DNA from: Candidatus Thorarchaeota archaeon
GTDB lineage: Archaea; Asgardarchaeota; Thorarchaeia; Thorarchaeales; Thorarchaeaceae
Length of the DNA stretch: 64,000 bases
Direction: 5' to 3'
NCBI GenBank assembly: GCA_011364905.1
Contig: RDNZ01000001.1
Span: 130,803-194,802 of the forward strand
Numbering within the stretch: the first letter of the stretch is position 1; each line of letters starts with the position of its first letter. The notes under the pieces are model-generated. The model saw nothing but the letters and a program-made list of their open reading frames with translations, did no database searches and was not told the origin of the DNA. The position numbers were made by a program, and so were the translations under genes. Shown here one piece after another: positions 1-11,011 of the stretch.

Positions 1-449
1 CCTATGTAGATAGCCTTCCTGTATCCAAGATTCTGGTCAAACTCGTTTCTCACTTGGACAGGACAATGAGGTACGCAATCTCCACATCCCGAACATTTGT
101 CTTCCAAGACTCTTCTGGCTTTCTTGAGAACCTGAACTCTGAAATTCCCTGCTTCACCTGAAATTCCCTTGATCTCGCTATAGGTCAATAGTTTGATGTT
201 TGGATGCCGGGACACTTGGCTTAGTCTGGGAGTCAAGATGCAAGCACTGCAGTCCAGCGTGGGGAAGGTCTTGTCGAGCATTGCCATGACACCACCGATT
301 GATGGCGTTTTCTCCACCAGAACAACTTGATATCCCTGATCTGCAATGTCAAGAGCTGCCTGCATCCCTGCCACTCCGCCTCCGACGACAACTGCAGTTT
401 CGGCGGGTCTCATTGAACCAAAGTCAACCTTTTCGTCTGCTATGGTCAC
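1..449 (-). CDS. hdrA: Heterodisulfide reductase subunit A-like protein (5' part, truncated by window edge)
   Basis: Manual translation from the GTG at 449, which overlaps the mvhD TGA and has GGAGGTG upstream: ...AVVVGGGVAGMQAALDIADQG...DKTFPTLDCSACILTP...CSGCGDCVPHCP. Not in the ORF track. Confidence 0.9.
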   Translation of the reverse strand, partial: MTIADEKVDFGSMRPAETAVVVGGGVAGMQAALDIADQGYQVVLVEKTPSIGGVMAMLDKTFPTLDCSACILTPRLSQVSRHPNIKLLTYSEIKGISGEAGNFRVQVLKKARRVLEDKCSGCGDCVPHCPVQVRNEFDQNLGYRKAIYI

Positions 450-877
450 TTTCCAGCACCTCCTGCTTTCAGCGGACTAGGTCCCAATAGCCGGATAGAT
501 TCCGTCATCTCGGTTATCCCCTCTGCCCATTGTTGTCCTTCTGAGGCACTTGCCCAGAGAAGCTTGAGCCTGTCTGGGTGCAGCCCCATAGTTTTCATTG
601 CCATTTGGAGGGCATCGAATCTGACCTGGGTTCGGTAGTTGCCGGTTGCGTAATGACAATCGCCAGGATGACACCCAGTGACCATCACTCCATCGGCACC
701 TCCTTTGAACGCTTCAATCACCATTACTGGGTCCACTCGCCCGGAACACATCAAGCGAATGACCTTTGCATTGGGAGGATGTTGTATTCGAGAGATGCCG
801 GCTAGATCTGCCCCTCCATAGGAACACCAGTTGCAGGTAAACGCAACAATCTTCGGTTCGAATCTCTTTCGAGTCAC
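446..877 (-). CDS. mvhD: Methyl-viologen-reducing hydrogenase delta subunit ([2Fe-2S]), Cys form
   Basis: FTCNWCSYGGADLAG, CSGRVDP and GCHPGDCHY motifs. Start reassigned to the GTG at 877, which overlaps the hdrA stop. Confidence 0.93.
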   Translation of the reverse strand: MTRKRFEPKIVAFTCNWCSYGGADLAGISRIQHPPNAKVIRLMCSGRVDPVMVIEAFKGGADGVMVTGCHPGDCHYATGNYRTQVRFDALQMAMKTMGLHPDRLKLLWASASEGQQWAEGITEMTESIRLLGPSPLKAGGAGK

Positions 878-3800
878 GGTATCAACTCTCCTCTTACAGA
901 TGCCGCAGCTAAAATCTGCGGTATGATCTGTTGCTTGCGATAATGTCGCATATCGATAGCATTCTTTGGACATGCTGCCGCGCAGGTCCCACAGCCTTGA
1001 CAAAGCTCGAACATTACCCGACGTTCCTCTCCAGTCCCGGTAATTGCAAAATATGGGCAAAGATCTGTACAAAGGTCACAGTCAAAGCATCGCTCTGTGT
1101 CTATCTCAGCATAGATCGGTTCCACATAGAAGACACCAGGTGCCATCAGGGCCTGAGCACCAGCAGCTGCACCTTTCCCATAGGCGACAGCCTTTGGAAT
1201 GTCCATGGGCCCAAGTACAGCTCCAGCCAAGAACACTCCATCCTGAAATGAGTCTACAGGACGCAGTTTCGGATGAGCTTCCATCAAGAACCCATATTCC
1301 CCAGTGGAAACCTTCAGCTTTCGGGCAAGCTCGGCTGTGTTATCATTTGGCAGCAAGGCAGTTGCAAGAACCACAAGGTCAGTGGTAGTTTCAAGACGCG
1401 CACCTGTGTATAGATCCTCTGCTAGAACAACAAGGGACTTGGTTTCAGGATCTTCCTCAATCTCAGAGGGACGACCTTTTACCACAACTACGCCCTTCTC
1501 CCTTGCCCGCCTGTAGAGACCTTCGTATCCAAGTCCATGAGTTCTGATATCCATGGCATACACAGTGACCTCTGTCTTTGGATACTTCTCTTTGATCTGA
1601 ATAGCTTGCTTCAGTGAATTTTCGCAGCCAATATAGCAGCAATAGTCTTGGTTAAATCGTCGGTCTCTTGACCCAACGCACTGGACAAAAGCTACTCGTT
1701 TGGGAACCGTGTGATCCGAAGGACGATATGGCTTACCCTGAGTTGGACCTGCTGCGTTGGTCAGCCGTTCTAGCTGTGCGTTCGTAATGACATTTTCAAA
1801 AGTTCCATACCCAAATTCACGTGTTTCAATGGGATCATGGACCTTGAATCCTGTGGCTACTATGATGGTTCCTATGTTGAGCTCAACAATCTCATCTTGA
1901 AGCGAGTGGTCAACAGCCTCGAGTTTACAAGCCTCAACGCACTTCTCACATTCGCAGCATACACCACAGCTCAAGCAGCGTTCGGCTTCGGCAAGCGCTA
2001 CAGCCTCTTTGAATCCAAGTTCAACCTCACCAAATGATGTAGTTCTCTTGGACTTGCTGAGAGTCCGCATAACTGGTGCATAACTCATCTTGATACTACC
2101 ATCAATCTCGATATTTTCGATGGGCTTCAGATATTCTTCGCGGCCTTCTAAAAGATCTTCATCCTTTAGATATCGATCAATAGATTTAGCAGCTTCTTTC
2201 CCTGCGGCTACAGCCTCGACAACAGTACCACCGCCGCCAAGAACTACAGCGCCTCCACCAAAAACACCTTTCATGTTTGTCTGAAGAGTGACTGGGTTAA
2301 CTTCAAGTGAGCCCCACATTGTGGGTTCGAGCTGTGTTAGCAATGCATCAGCAGTCACCTCCTGACCTATTGCGATGATGACATTATCAACCGACATCTT
2401 GAATTCTGAATCCGGAATAGGAATTGGTCTTCTCCTACCGGTATCATCTGGTTTACCTAGTTTCATTCGTACACATTTCATTCCTGAAACTTGCTTATTC
2501 TTCTCGATGACCTCCACAGGATTCGCTAGAAGGGCAATCTTGACTCCTTCTTCTTCTGCTGCATCTATCTCAGATGAAATTGCTGGCATTTCTTCTCTAG
2601 AACGGCGATAGACAATCGTGACTTTCTTTGCCCCTAACCGTCTAGCAGTGCGTGCAGCATCAATTGCTGCATTGCCTCCACCGATCACCGCAACGTTACG
2701 ACCAATCTCAACGGTTTTTCCGCTGTTCACCTTATCGAGGAAAGCGAGTGCGTGATGAACACCTTTGGCATTCTCGCCCTTGATATTCATCTTGCGACTG
2801 CCAGGAGCCCCAGTTCCAACAAAGATGGCTTTAAAGCCTTGACTTCTTAGTTCCTCAATTGATTCTATTTTGGATCCTGTTTTGATTGTAACTCCAAGCT
2901 TCTTGATGATTCCAATCTCATCATCTAAAATGTCCCGGGGGAGCCGATATTCAGGGATACCATACCTAAGTAGACCTCCAGCTTTCTTTCTTGCTTCGAA
3001 GACTGTAACTGAGTATCCTTCTCTAACGAGATCATACGCGCAAGCAAGACCAGCAGGTCCAGCCCCAACGATAGCAATTGGTTTCTTAGCTTTCTTCTTA
3101 TTGGGAACAATCGGATCGATTTTGATTTCACCAGCCTCTCTTTCATAGTCAGCTAAGAATCTGTGCAGGTTTCTGATACTTACGGATTCATCATATTTTC
3201 CACGCTCACATTCTAACTGACAAGGATTCGTACAGACTCTACCCAACGTACCAGCGAAAGGCGAGCTCTTTCGATAAATCTCAAGAGCCTCATCGAAACG
3301 TTCCTCTTTAAGGAGGATAATGAATGCTTGAACATTCACATGCGCTGGGCAGGCGATCTTACAAGCAGAGGTGCCTCTCTTGTCAATCGTATACTTGTTA
3401 GGCACTGCCTGTGGAAATGGCCTGTAAGCCGCTCTACGTGTAGCAAGTCCGAATTCATAGTCGTTCTTTACACTAACAGGGCAGGCTTTTTCGCAGTCAC
3501 CACACCCATTGCATTTGTCATAATTGATGTAAGGCGACTTCTTTCTTACTTTCAAACGGAAGTTGCCGACGTATCCATCCACACTATCGAGCTCGCTATA
3601 GGTCATGAGATTGATTTTTGGATGCTGACCAACCTTGGACATGATTGGTCCCAAAATGCAAATCGCACAATCATTTTGTGGGAAGACCTTGTCAAGCAGA
3701 GCCATTTGGCCCCCGATTGTTGGACGACTTTCAATAAGGTGAGTTTCAAATCCCGCATTAGCCAGATCTAGAGCTGCAGAAATGCCAGCTACTCCTCCAC

Positions 3801-4254
3801 CAATAACCGCAGCGCTTTGTATCACGTCGACCGCTTTTCTTTCTAAGGGCTCAAGGTACTTTACACGCTCAACCGCCATTGCGATGAGCTCCTCAGCCTT
3901 CATGGTTGCGAGGTCGTGATCATCCATGTGAACCCAACTTACATGTTCACGAAGATTTACCTGATCGTAGAGATAGCGGTTCAATCCAGCCTCTTCAACA
4001 CAGGCACGGAAAACTGGTTCATGTGTTCGGGGTGTGCAAGAAGCAACAACAACTCTGTTTAGGCTGTATTCCCGAATCGCCTGTTTGATATTCTCTTGTC
4101 CATCGTCAGAGCATGCAAACAGCAAATCTACTGCATAAGCAACATCTGGAAGATTCAATGCGTATTTTGCTACACGTTCGCAGTCTACTGTGCCTGCGAT
4201 GTTCAAACCACAGTGACATATGAACACGCCTACTCGCAATTCTGGTTCACTCAT
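874..4254 (-). CDS. hdrA: Large HdrA with inserted GltD/SudA-like NAD(P)/FAD module (HdrL-like)
   Basis: [10 protein letters not shown]-terminus, GGGVAG, ferredoxin motifs, insert CKIACPAH...GRVC...GAGPAG...[11 protein letters not shown]...YRRS, QCVGSRD, C-terminal 2x[4Fe-4S]. Confidence 0.93.
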   Translation of the reverse strand: MSEPELRVGVFICHCGLNIAGTVDCERVAKYALNLPDVAYAVDLLFACSDDGQENIKQAIREYSLNRVVVASCTPRTHEPVFRACVEEAGLNRYLYDQVNLREHVSWVHMDDHDLATMKAEELIAMAVERVKYLEPLERKAVDVIQSAAVIGGGVAGISAALDLANAGFETHLIESRPTIGGQMALLDKVFPQNDCAICILGPIMSKVGQHPKINLMTYSELDSVDGYVGNFRLKVRKKSPYINYDKCNGCGDCEKACPVSVKNDYEFGLATRRAAYRPFPQAVPNKYTIDKRGTSACKIACPAHVNVQAFIILLKEERFDEALEIYRKSSPFAGTLGRVCTNPCQLECERGKYDESVSIRNLHRFLADYEREAGEIKIDPIVPNKKKAKKPIAIVGAGPAGLACAYDLVREGYSVTVFEARKKAGGLLRYGIPEYRLPRDILDDEIGIIKKLGVTIKTGSKIESIEELRSQGFKAIFVGTGAPGSRKMNIKGENAKGVHHALAFLDKVNSGKTVEIGRNVAVIGGGNAAIDAARTARRLGAKKVTIVYRRSREEMPAISSEIDAAEEEGVKIALLANPVEVIEKNKQVSGMKCVRMKLGKPDDTGRRRPIPIPDSEFKMSVDNVIIAIGQEVTADALLTQLEPTMWGSLEVNPVTLQTNMKGVFGGGAVVLGGGGTVVEAVAAGKEAAKSIDRYLKDEDLLEGREEYLKPIENIEIDGSIKMSYAPVMRTLSKSKRTTSFGEVELGFKEAVALAEAERCLSCGVCCECEKCVEACKLEAVDHSLQDEIVELNIGTIIVATGFKVHDPIETREFGYGTFENVITNAQLERLTNAAGPTQGKPYRPSDHTVPKRVAFVQCVGSRDRRFNQDYCCYIGCENSLKQAIQIKEKYPKTEVTVYAMDIRTHGLGYEGLYRRAREKGVVVVKGRPSEIEEDPETKSLVVLAEDLYTGARLETTTDLVVLATALLPNDNTAELARKLKVSTGEYGFLMEAHPKLRPVDSFQDGVFLAGAVLGPMDIPKAVAYGKGAAAGAQALMAPGVFYVEPIYAEIDTERCFDCDLCTDLCPYFAITGTGEERRVMFELCQGCGTCAAACPKNAIDMRHYRKQQIIPQILAAASVRGELIP

Positions 4255-5147
4255 CTACTACCACCTCCAACTATCTTGGCCACAATTTTGTCAGTCTTCA
4301 CAGTATGCAAATCAAGACCAAGTTCTTCGGGAGAGTAACCAAACCCTAAAGCTAGAATTTGTGGGAAATGCAGGACGGGAATATCCAAATCATCCATGGC
4401 GAACTTTCGCTTGATGGTTCTCTGACCCATGTCATGCTGCAAATGACACAACGAACAGACTGTAACGATGCCATCCACTCCAGCATCCTGTGCATCCACA
4501 AGTCGTTCATGAAGAATACGATCAGCGAGGTCATCCTGGACACCCCTCAAGAGTCCTCCACAGCATCGATGCCGACCGGTATACTGCACACTGTTCACGC
4601 CAAACTGCTCAATGAGCTCATCTGCAAAGGTGGGTCGCTCAGAGTATTCGATGTTCAACAGCTCGTGAGGTTTAAGCATATGACATCCATATCTGAGACC
4701 AATTGAGATGTTGCTCAGATCTCGCACGGACTTTTGCCTGATCTTGTCAGCTCCAATATCGGTGTACAGGAAGTCCACAATGTGCCTGGCTTCTACAGTG
4801 CCATCATAGTGCAGACCAACCGTCTTCAGGATTTCATTTACGCGTTCCCGCATATCCGGATAAGTTTCCAGTACGTGGTTCACGCGTTTATAGGAATGGA
4901 AACATCCGCTGCAAGGTGTAAGGAGATCCAAGCCCATCTCTTCGGCTTTGGCAAGATTCCTTGCAGCCATCGCGATTGAAGTGGTAAGATCAAGAGATTG
5001 CATCCAGAAAGGAGCACAGCAAGTTTCGTTGGGAATGTCTATTGTTTCAATTCCCAGATGGTCTAGAACCTTTCTGGTGGCAGCCTCGTAGCCTATCAAA
5101 GATCGTCTTGTGGGAACCAAACAGCCCCAAGCTATTGCCTTCTTCAA
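4251..5147 (-). CDS. hdrB: Heterodisulfide reductase subunit B (two CCG domains)
   Basis: WGC...TCCAP...PCSGC and YGCH...RCCGG...VCSLCH; typical [14 protein letters not shown] tail. Confidence 0.92.
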   Translation of the reverse strand: MKKAIAWGCLVPTRRSLIGYEAATRKVLDHLGIETIDIPNETCCAPFWMQSLDLTTSIAMAARNLAKAEEMGLDLLTPCSGCFHSYKRVNHVLETYPDMRERVNEILKTVGLHYDGTVEARHIVDFLYTDIGADKIRQKSVRDLSNISIGLRYGCHMLKPHELLNIEYSERPTFADELIEQFGVNSVQYTGRHRCCGGLLRGVQDDLADRILHERLVDAQDAGVDGIVTVCSLCHLQHDMGQRTIKRKFAMDDLDIPVLHFPQILALGFGYSPEELGLDLHTVKTDKIVAKIVGGGSR

Positions 5148-5701
5148 TCCGATTCCACCTCCTTCTTCTGGTTAGCTGCCAAGACCTCGTTAAGTCCGGC
5201 CGCTTTCATTATCCCTTGTAATTGCGTAATGTCAGGGTCGTGTAAGGGAGGTAAACCAAGTTGTTCACGCATCTTGTCTACTAAGCCGGTTCTTGCGCTC
5301 ACGCGTCCATTCTGCCTTACCATTTCAGCCATCTTGACATAACCCTGTGCAGCGTGTCCCTCCTTGCTTGCCATATTGCGTAACACGGTAACAACATCCG
5401 TAAAGTTCACTTGTTGGACACATCGTTCTTCACAGGTAAAACAAGCCGCGCAAAGCCAAATCTGGTCGGTTGAGAGCACCTCATCCTTGAGTCCGAGCAA
5501 TACATTGCCTAGGACTTTCCTGGGTCTGTAGTCTATTACCGCACCAACAGGACAGCCGCCACTACAAGCGCCACATTTCAAGCATCGAAGAAGACCCTCT
5601 CCGCCAACCATGTCAGCGACATTATATTTGAATGACGCCTTCACATCTTCGTCGCGAACAGGAAAATCGCCTCGATAGCTTCTCTTTTCAGTTTCTTCCA
5701 T
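5144..5701 (-). CDS. hdrC: Heterodisulfide reductase subunit C
   Basis: [12 protein letters not shown] and [14 protein letters not shown]; adjacent to hdrB. Confidence 0.92.
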   Translation of the reverse strand: MEETEKRSYRGDFPVRDEDVKASFKYNVADMVGGEGLLRCLKCGACSGGCPVGAVIDYRPRKVLGNVLLGLKDEVLSTDQIWLCAACFTCEERCVQQVNFTDVVTVLRNMASKEGHAAQGYVKMAEMVRQNGRVSARTGLVDKMREQLGLPPLHDPDITQLQGIMKAAGLNEVLAANQKKEVESD

Positions 5702-6579
5702 TAGTACCTCACACCTGTTAATGATTCGAGTATACGACTAGGACTGATACGATTCATGTGCATCCCCAGCTCTTCGTCGAGGATGCCTAAAGATGGACCA
5801 AGGAACTGCGGAAGCGTTATCACAGGCATTCTGGACTTTCCTAATCTGCCTCCAAGCTGAACCTGAGATAGCTGGATGTTGCAATAAGCGCAGGCTGTGA
5901 CAATCCCCTCTGCACCCGCTTCTTTGATGCTCCTGATCTTCTCTATTCCCACCTTACTTGCTAGCTTGTCATCCATTGCAAGAAGAGGAGCACCGCAACA
6001 ACGAAACTTACCTTCGTATTTGACAGGCCATCCACCTGCAACTCGTATGATTGAATCGATGATCGTTGGAACCTTGCCACTGGTAGAATTCATGTCATCG
6101 AAAGGTCTTGATACATGACAACCATAATGGGCCGCTAAACGGATATTTGTGTAGGGATTAGTTATCGCAGATTCAAGAGAGCTGAGAGTTAAATCCTGTT
6201 CAAAGACATCCAGAAGATGCTTTACTTCCACCTTTCTTGTATATTGAAGCCCATCTCTATCAAGCAAAGAGTTGACATCAGCGCGTGCTCGTTTCCTTCT
6301 ATCAAGCAGCATTTTCACGTGCTTCAAGGATCCAGCACAAGCGCCACAGATGGCAAGGATGTCCTTACCTTCATTCTCTGCGAGTGCAAGAATCCTTCCC
6401 CCCAGAGCAAGGAAGGCATTCTCATTGAGAGATTCAATGTATTGTGCGCCGCAGCAGTTTGTGTTGTTTAGAGGGCTTATATTGATTCCAAGCTTTTCGA
6501 GGACAGCTATAGTTGCAGCCTCATATGCAGGAAGACGTACTGGAGTTACACAGCCTCTGAACAGTACGTACTCCTTCAT
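5701..6579 (-). CDS. hdrB: Heterodisulfide reductase subunit B
   Basis: GCVTP...NCCGAQ...CGAC and HYGCH...RCCGA...CAYC. Start taken at the MKEY ATG. Confidence 0.9.
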   Translation of the reverse strand: MKEYVLFRGCVTPVRLPAYEAATIAVLEKLGINISPLNNTNCCGAQYIESLNENAFLALGGRILALAENEGKDILAICGACAGSLKHVKMLLDRRKRARADVNSLLDRDGLQYTRKVEVKHLLDVFEQDLTLSSLESAITNPYTNIRLAAHYGCHVSRPFDDMNSTSGKVPTIIDSIIRVAGGWPVKYEGKFRCCGAPLLAMDDKLASKVGIEKIRSIKEAGAEGIVTACAYCNIQLSQVQLGGRLGKSRMPVITLPQFLGPSLGILDEELGMHMNRISPSRILESLTGVRY

Positions 6580-6583
6580 GCGA

Positions 6584-7075
6584 CTACCCATCCTCTTCAA
6601 AATACATCGATCTTACGTCCCTTGTGTATCGCTTATTGTGAGATAGTCTCGAGCTTAGACCTAGTTCCTTCCGTTCATCAGCAATGAAGTCAGAATAGGC
6701 GTCCTTCATGAGCCACCCATCGGAAAAGATCGCATCTGCTGCTTTTTGAAAAGAAGCCGGTATGATGTTTTCTCGGATTGCCAGACTACGTACAACTCTA
6801 AAAACGTCAGCAAGTCTCACACCGTATTGACAGGTGTCCTCACACTGATGACATGTCTTGCAGACCCATGGTTGCTCACTATGCAAGACTGGTTCCCGAG
6901 CTCCAACAAGAATCTTCTGCATAATCTGGCGTGGATTGTAATGAGTACCAGCTGCAACTGCACATCTTGCTGTACACATTCCACAAGCAACACAATTCTC
7001 CAGGAGTCTACCCTTTGCCAGGGTAGTCAATTCTTGAATGAAGCTTGAAGACGGAATGAGTCTAGTTCGTACCAT
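6584..7075 (-). CDS. hdrC: Heterodisulfide reductase subunit C
   Basis: CVACGMCTARC and PWVCKTCHQCEDTC. Confidence 0.9.
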   Translation of the reverse strand: MVRTRLIPSSSFIQELTTLAKGRLLENCVACGMCTARCAVAAGTHYNPRQIMQKILVGAREPVLHSEQPWVCKTCHQCEDTCQYGVRLADVFRVVRSLAIRENIIPASFQKAADAIFSDGWLMKDAYSDFIADERKELGLSSRLSHNKRYTRDVRSMYFEEDG

Positions 7076-7888
7076 CTTTTTCCACCTATTGAATCAAGCA
7101 CGGTGGCCAGATAGAAAGCATCGATGGTGTTCATGATTCGTCGATTGTCACTAAACTTGGTGGAAATTTGTGGTTTTCAAGGTTCGATGATCCCAAATTT
7201 TCAAGGTTCACCGCCCTAGTCAATATACTCATATCTTGCATAAAGGGCCTATATGCTTCATTGTCGAAAACAGCGCATACACATTACAAGAAATGATTGG
7301 AATTGAAACTATCACAATTGAATTCTTACTATATAGGACAAGAAATAGGCATTTCATGATTACGAGCTCCAAGTCTTAACCATGAATCTATTCAATCAGA
7401 AAAGCTGGAATGATGTCACAAAACAAACATGGCTGTTTTACCTTAGTTTCAGGTTGAAACAAAACTATGCACACAATGGAGATGAAATGTGAACCATTAC
7501 CTCTCAAACATGCACATTACTAATCATTCAACTATATTATTTTTAGCTGATTTGATAAACTGACCTCTTAAGCTTTTTAGTAGCTATTACTACGTCAGCA
7601 TTAATAAAAATAGTAAAAACGAAGCTTCCCAAATATCTCTAAAATGATGATTCATATCATTCAAATATTGGCTTGATTTGCATCATTTCATAACTATTTT
7701 GTGTCTATGTCCAAAAATCAACACAATAGAGAAAACGAGAAGGTTGTTTGCGGCCTACTTTTTCTTAGGAATTGGAACCCTAATTAGGAATTGAGGCAGT
7801 TGCTTTTTCGAAAAACATCATCTCGAAGCAAATTATGTATCTGATTAGACGTCAATGTGCGCTCTCGCCGCATAATAGAAAAATGGAT

Positions 7889-7908
7889 GGGGGTTCTCTG
7901 AAACCCCC
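7889..7908. terminator. GC hairpin downstream of the small minus-strand ORF
   Basis: GGGGGTT-ctctga-AACCCCC inverted repeat, followed on the minus strand by a T-tract. Confidence 0.45.
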
Positions 7909-7926
7909 TGAACTTACTTCGGCACT

Positions 7927-8130
7927 TTACTTTCTGCGTATGCTTGGGCCTTCGATAATACGGAGAATCTGTTTCGATGTCAGAGTAGTATACTCAGCAT
8001 CCGGAAACATGCTATTCTCATGCTGCTCTTTGATCATCTCTGCAAAGTACTTTAGATACCATCGGACCTCGTCCTTGCTATGTTGACGTATTGCCTTAGT
8101 TTTCCGTTTTCGTGAGATACTTCCTGACAT
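7927..8130 (-). CDS. Small basic hypothetical protein (67 aa)
   Basis: ATG at 8130 preceded by GGAGGT SD; MSGSISRKRKTKAIRQH...; downstream hairpin. Confidence 0.6.
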   Translation of the reverse strand: MSGSISRKRKTKAIRQHSKDEVRWYLKYFAEMIKEQHENSMFPDAEYTTLTSKQILRIIEGPSIRRK

Positions 8131-8225
8131 TCTTGTTTTACCTCCAATGAGGAACAAGACATCCAGAGCAGCTGTTCGCTTATAGCTACAGTCCGCAAAC
8201 CTAGTCCTCTCCCCCGAGAGGACCA
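8131..8225 (-). promoter_or_regulatory. Structured 5' leader with an SD-sequestering hairpin
   Basis: Inverted repeats at 8131-8159 (TCTTGTT/AACAAGA plus CCTC/GAGG) and 8204-8223 (GTCCTCTC/GAGAGGAC). Confidence 0.4.
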
Positions 8226-8434
8226 CAGAGAAAACGCAGGCATCACGAGGAAAAGGACATAGCATTAGTTCCCACTAATATTTGGGAACCAATACTGGAT
8301 TGTCATTATTCCTCGCATTGTAAACGATTTTTAGGGAAATTTGAATTTAAACATTGACATCGAAGTATTGTCGTACTGCTGGAAATGCTTTTGAACAACT
8401 AGAGCACATGTAAAGAAAGCGTCCAATAGGAAGA

Positions 8435-11002
8435 GTGGCTTTGACAGAATCTGCTCAAGAAAAACTCACTCGTGCAAAGGCCCTCCTAAAGACGGGAGAA
8501 TATGAGAAATGTCTACAGGTCATAAACGCCCTTTCTGCAGGAGATGAGTCAAAGGATCCTCTCGTAACACTGGACACCCTAGTTATCAGAGCAGAAGTTT
8601 CCTGGCGAACAGGAAAGCTGGATGATGGTCTTGACGCTATTGACAAAGCTGAAAGATTCTTCTCCGCCGATTGGATGAGGAAGCTAGAAGAGCAAAAGGA
8701 GATTCTTCAACAAAAGAAGAGCAATATCCTATCACAAGCAGGTGTGATTTATTGGTACAAAGGTGACCTGATTAAGGCAAAGGAAAGCCATGAAGAGAGC
8801 TTGAGAATCAGAGAGAGGCTAGGGGATAAAGAAGGCATTTCTATAGCCTACAACAACCTGGGTCTCGTTTTTTGGACGAAGGGAGACCTTGACAAAGCAA
8901 CTGAGTGCTACAAAAGGAGCATAACGATCTATGAAGAGCTAAATGATGAGAATGGTGTATCAAAAGTCCTCAATAATCTGGCTAACATAAGTGCATCAAG
9001 AGGTGAGCTCGATCAGGCATTGGAATATCATCAACAGAGTCTAGCCATCAAAGAGCGAATAGCATCAAAGCAAGACGTTGCTGTATCACTCATAAATATC
9101 GGCGTGATTTACAGACTCAAGGGAGAGTTGGACAAGGCAACGGAGTACTACAACAAAAGCTTAGCCATTCAAGAGGATATTAACATTGGACCAGAGTTCG
9201 CTCTTGTTCTACACAACTTGGGAGAGATATACAGTCTAAAGGGAGAAATTCAACTATCTTTGGAGTTCTATCAGAGAAGTCTTCTCATTTATGAAGCAAT
9301 GGGGACAAAGGAAGGAATAGTTCTGACTCTGATCAATATTGGGGATTGTTACAGTAGAAAAGGGCAGCCTGAGATTGCATACGAATACTTCCAAAGGGGC
9401 TTGACAATTGCAGAGGATATGGGAAGTCTAAGGCTGATTTCAAATGCTCTCTCTGATATCATTTGGGCCGCATTGGACAATAAAGACACAGAGCTAGCCC
9501 ACGAATATTTGTCAAAGCTAGAACTGGTGAATTCAGAATCCGACAGTCTCTTTGTTGACCAAAGATATCGACTTTCAAAAGCCCTTTTTCTTAAAAAGAG
9601 CGGACGTACACGTGAGAGAGCAGAGGCGGAGGAGATTCTTGAGAAACTTTTGGAGGAAGAAATCACAGACCATTCGCTCACGGTCACAGCTATGATCCAT
9701 CTGTGCGATTTACTACTGATGGAACTAAAGATATCAGGGGAAGAGAGCATTCTCAAAAGAGCAAAAGATCTTACCGAACGACTCAGCGGAATAGCTGAAG
9801 AACAGGCATCACATCCTTTGTTCGTCGAAACACTTCTTCTTCAATCTAAGCTAGCAGTTGTGGCATTCGAATTTAATCAAGCAGATGAATTGATGAAAAA
9901 AGCGAAGCAGATTGCAGATGAAAAAGGACTGCTAAGATTGTCAAAAACTGTGGAACGTGAGGTTCAACTTCTACAACAGCAAAGAGAGAAATGGGAAAAA
10001 ACTCTCAAGACCAGTCCGTCCAAACAGGAGATGGTTGAACTTACCAACCTGAATGAACTGTTGGAAAAGATGGTCCAGAAAACAGTAGAAACTCTTGGTC
10101 TAGAATCAAAGGTCGAGTCAAGAAAGTCTAAGTATAGATTGGTTTACCAAGACCTGCTGGGAAGCAGTCAGAAATCAGAAAGAGGTCGGTTCAGAGTAGG
10201 TATTGCGCAGATTGGACTCGCCGACCAAGGGGATATTCTGAATGAGCTCTACGAAGAGAAAGGTGACGGATTAATCGGTCTTCGAGATGACTCAATTGAA
10301 ACAGTGCGAGAGAAATTGCAGAGCATGGTAAAGAGAGCTAATTCTGAGAATGTTGACGTCCTCATCTTTCCTGAGATGACCATCGATCTCAACTATGAAC
10401 AACTGGCAGAGGATGTACGAAACCTTGCTAAACAGTACGAGATGTGTATCATTCCGGGATCATTCCACAATAAGGATACAAGGAAGAATGTTTGCAGAGT
10501 CTATGGTCAAGATGGAATCCTTTGGGAGCAGGAGAAGCATATTCCAGCTATCATCCATATAGCAGATAAGAGGTTCATAGAAAAAATTGAAACTTCAGAA
10601 AAAGAAAAAAACACAATCGTATGCAACACACAGTTTGGTAGGATTGCTATAACGATTTGCCGTGACTTTCTTGACATGGACTTAAGAGTTGAATTGAAGA
10701 ACTCGGACCCTCCTGTGGACCTAATCATCAATCCAGCTTTCACTCCAGTAACTGCTGATTTCAAAGCGGCACATTTTGACGCGAGAAGGTCAATCTATGC
10801 GTACTGCTTTTTTGCTAATGTTGCGGAGTTTGGCGACTCACTGATTTATAGTCCTGAGAAGGACCGCATTGAGAGGAATGTGCCAAGGGGAGAGGAGAAT
10901 CTAATCTACAAGGATGTGGATCTGTTCCAACTTAGATCGGAACGTAAGAAATGGGAAGAAGAGAGGAAGAAAAAAGTTTCATTCATCCAAAGCACGAGAT
11001 GA
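8435..11002 (+). CDS. TPR-repeat protein fused to a C-terminal carbon-nitrogen hydrolase (nitrilase-fold) domain
   Basis: Repeated ~40-aa TPR units (NNLGLVF..GDLDKA..Y.RS), then RVGIAQI, IFPE, QEKH, ICRD and FANV. Confidence 0.85.
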   Translation: MALTESAQEKLTRAKALLKTGEYEKCLQVINALSAGDESKDPLVTLDTLVIRAEVSWRTGKLDDGLDAIDKAERFFSADWMRKLEEQKEILQQKKSNILSQAGVIYWYKGDLIKAKESHEESLRIRERLGDKEGISIAYNNLGLVFWTKGDLDKATECYKRSITIYEELNDENGVSKVLNNLANISASRGELDQALEYHQQSLAIKERIASKQDVAVSLINIGVIYRLKGELDKATEYYNKSLAIQEDINIGPEFALVLHNLGEIYSLKGEIQLSLEFYQRSLLIYEAMGTKEGIVLTLINIGDCYSRKGQPEIAYEYFQRGLTIAEDMGSLRLISNALSDIIWAALDNKDTELAHEYLSKLELVNSESDSLFVDQRYRLSKALFLKKSGRTRERAEAEEILEKLLEEEITDHSLTVTAMIHLCDLLLMELKISGEESILKRAKDLTERLSGIAEEQASHPLFVETLLLQSKLAVVAFEFNQADELMKKAKQIADEKGLLRLSKTVEREVQLLQQQREKWEKTLKTSPSKQEMVELTNLNELLEKMVQKTVETLGLESKVESRKSKYRLVYQDLLGSSQKSERGRFRVGIAQIGLADQGDILNELYEEKGDGLIGLRDDSIETVREKLQSMVKRANSENVDVLIFPEMTIDLNYEQLAEDVRNLAKQYEMCIIPGSFHNKDTRKNVCRVYGQDGILWEQEKHIPAIIHIADKRFIEKIETSEKEKNTIVCNTQFGRIAITICRDFLDMDLRVELKNSDPPVDLIINPAFTPVTADFKAAHFDARRSIYAYCFFANVAEFGDSLIYSPEKDRIERNVPRGEENLIYKDVDLFQLRSERKKWEEERKKKVSFIQSTR

Positions 11003-11011
11003 ATGTTGTTT

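Noticed and set aside
878-1072. N-terminal extension of MvhD given in the ORF track
   Set aside because: It overlaps the hdrA C-terminal ferredoxin coding region in another frame; the GTG at 877 gives a normal-length MvhD.
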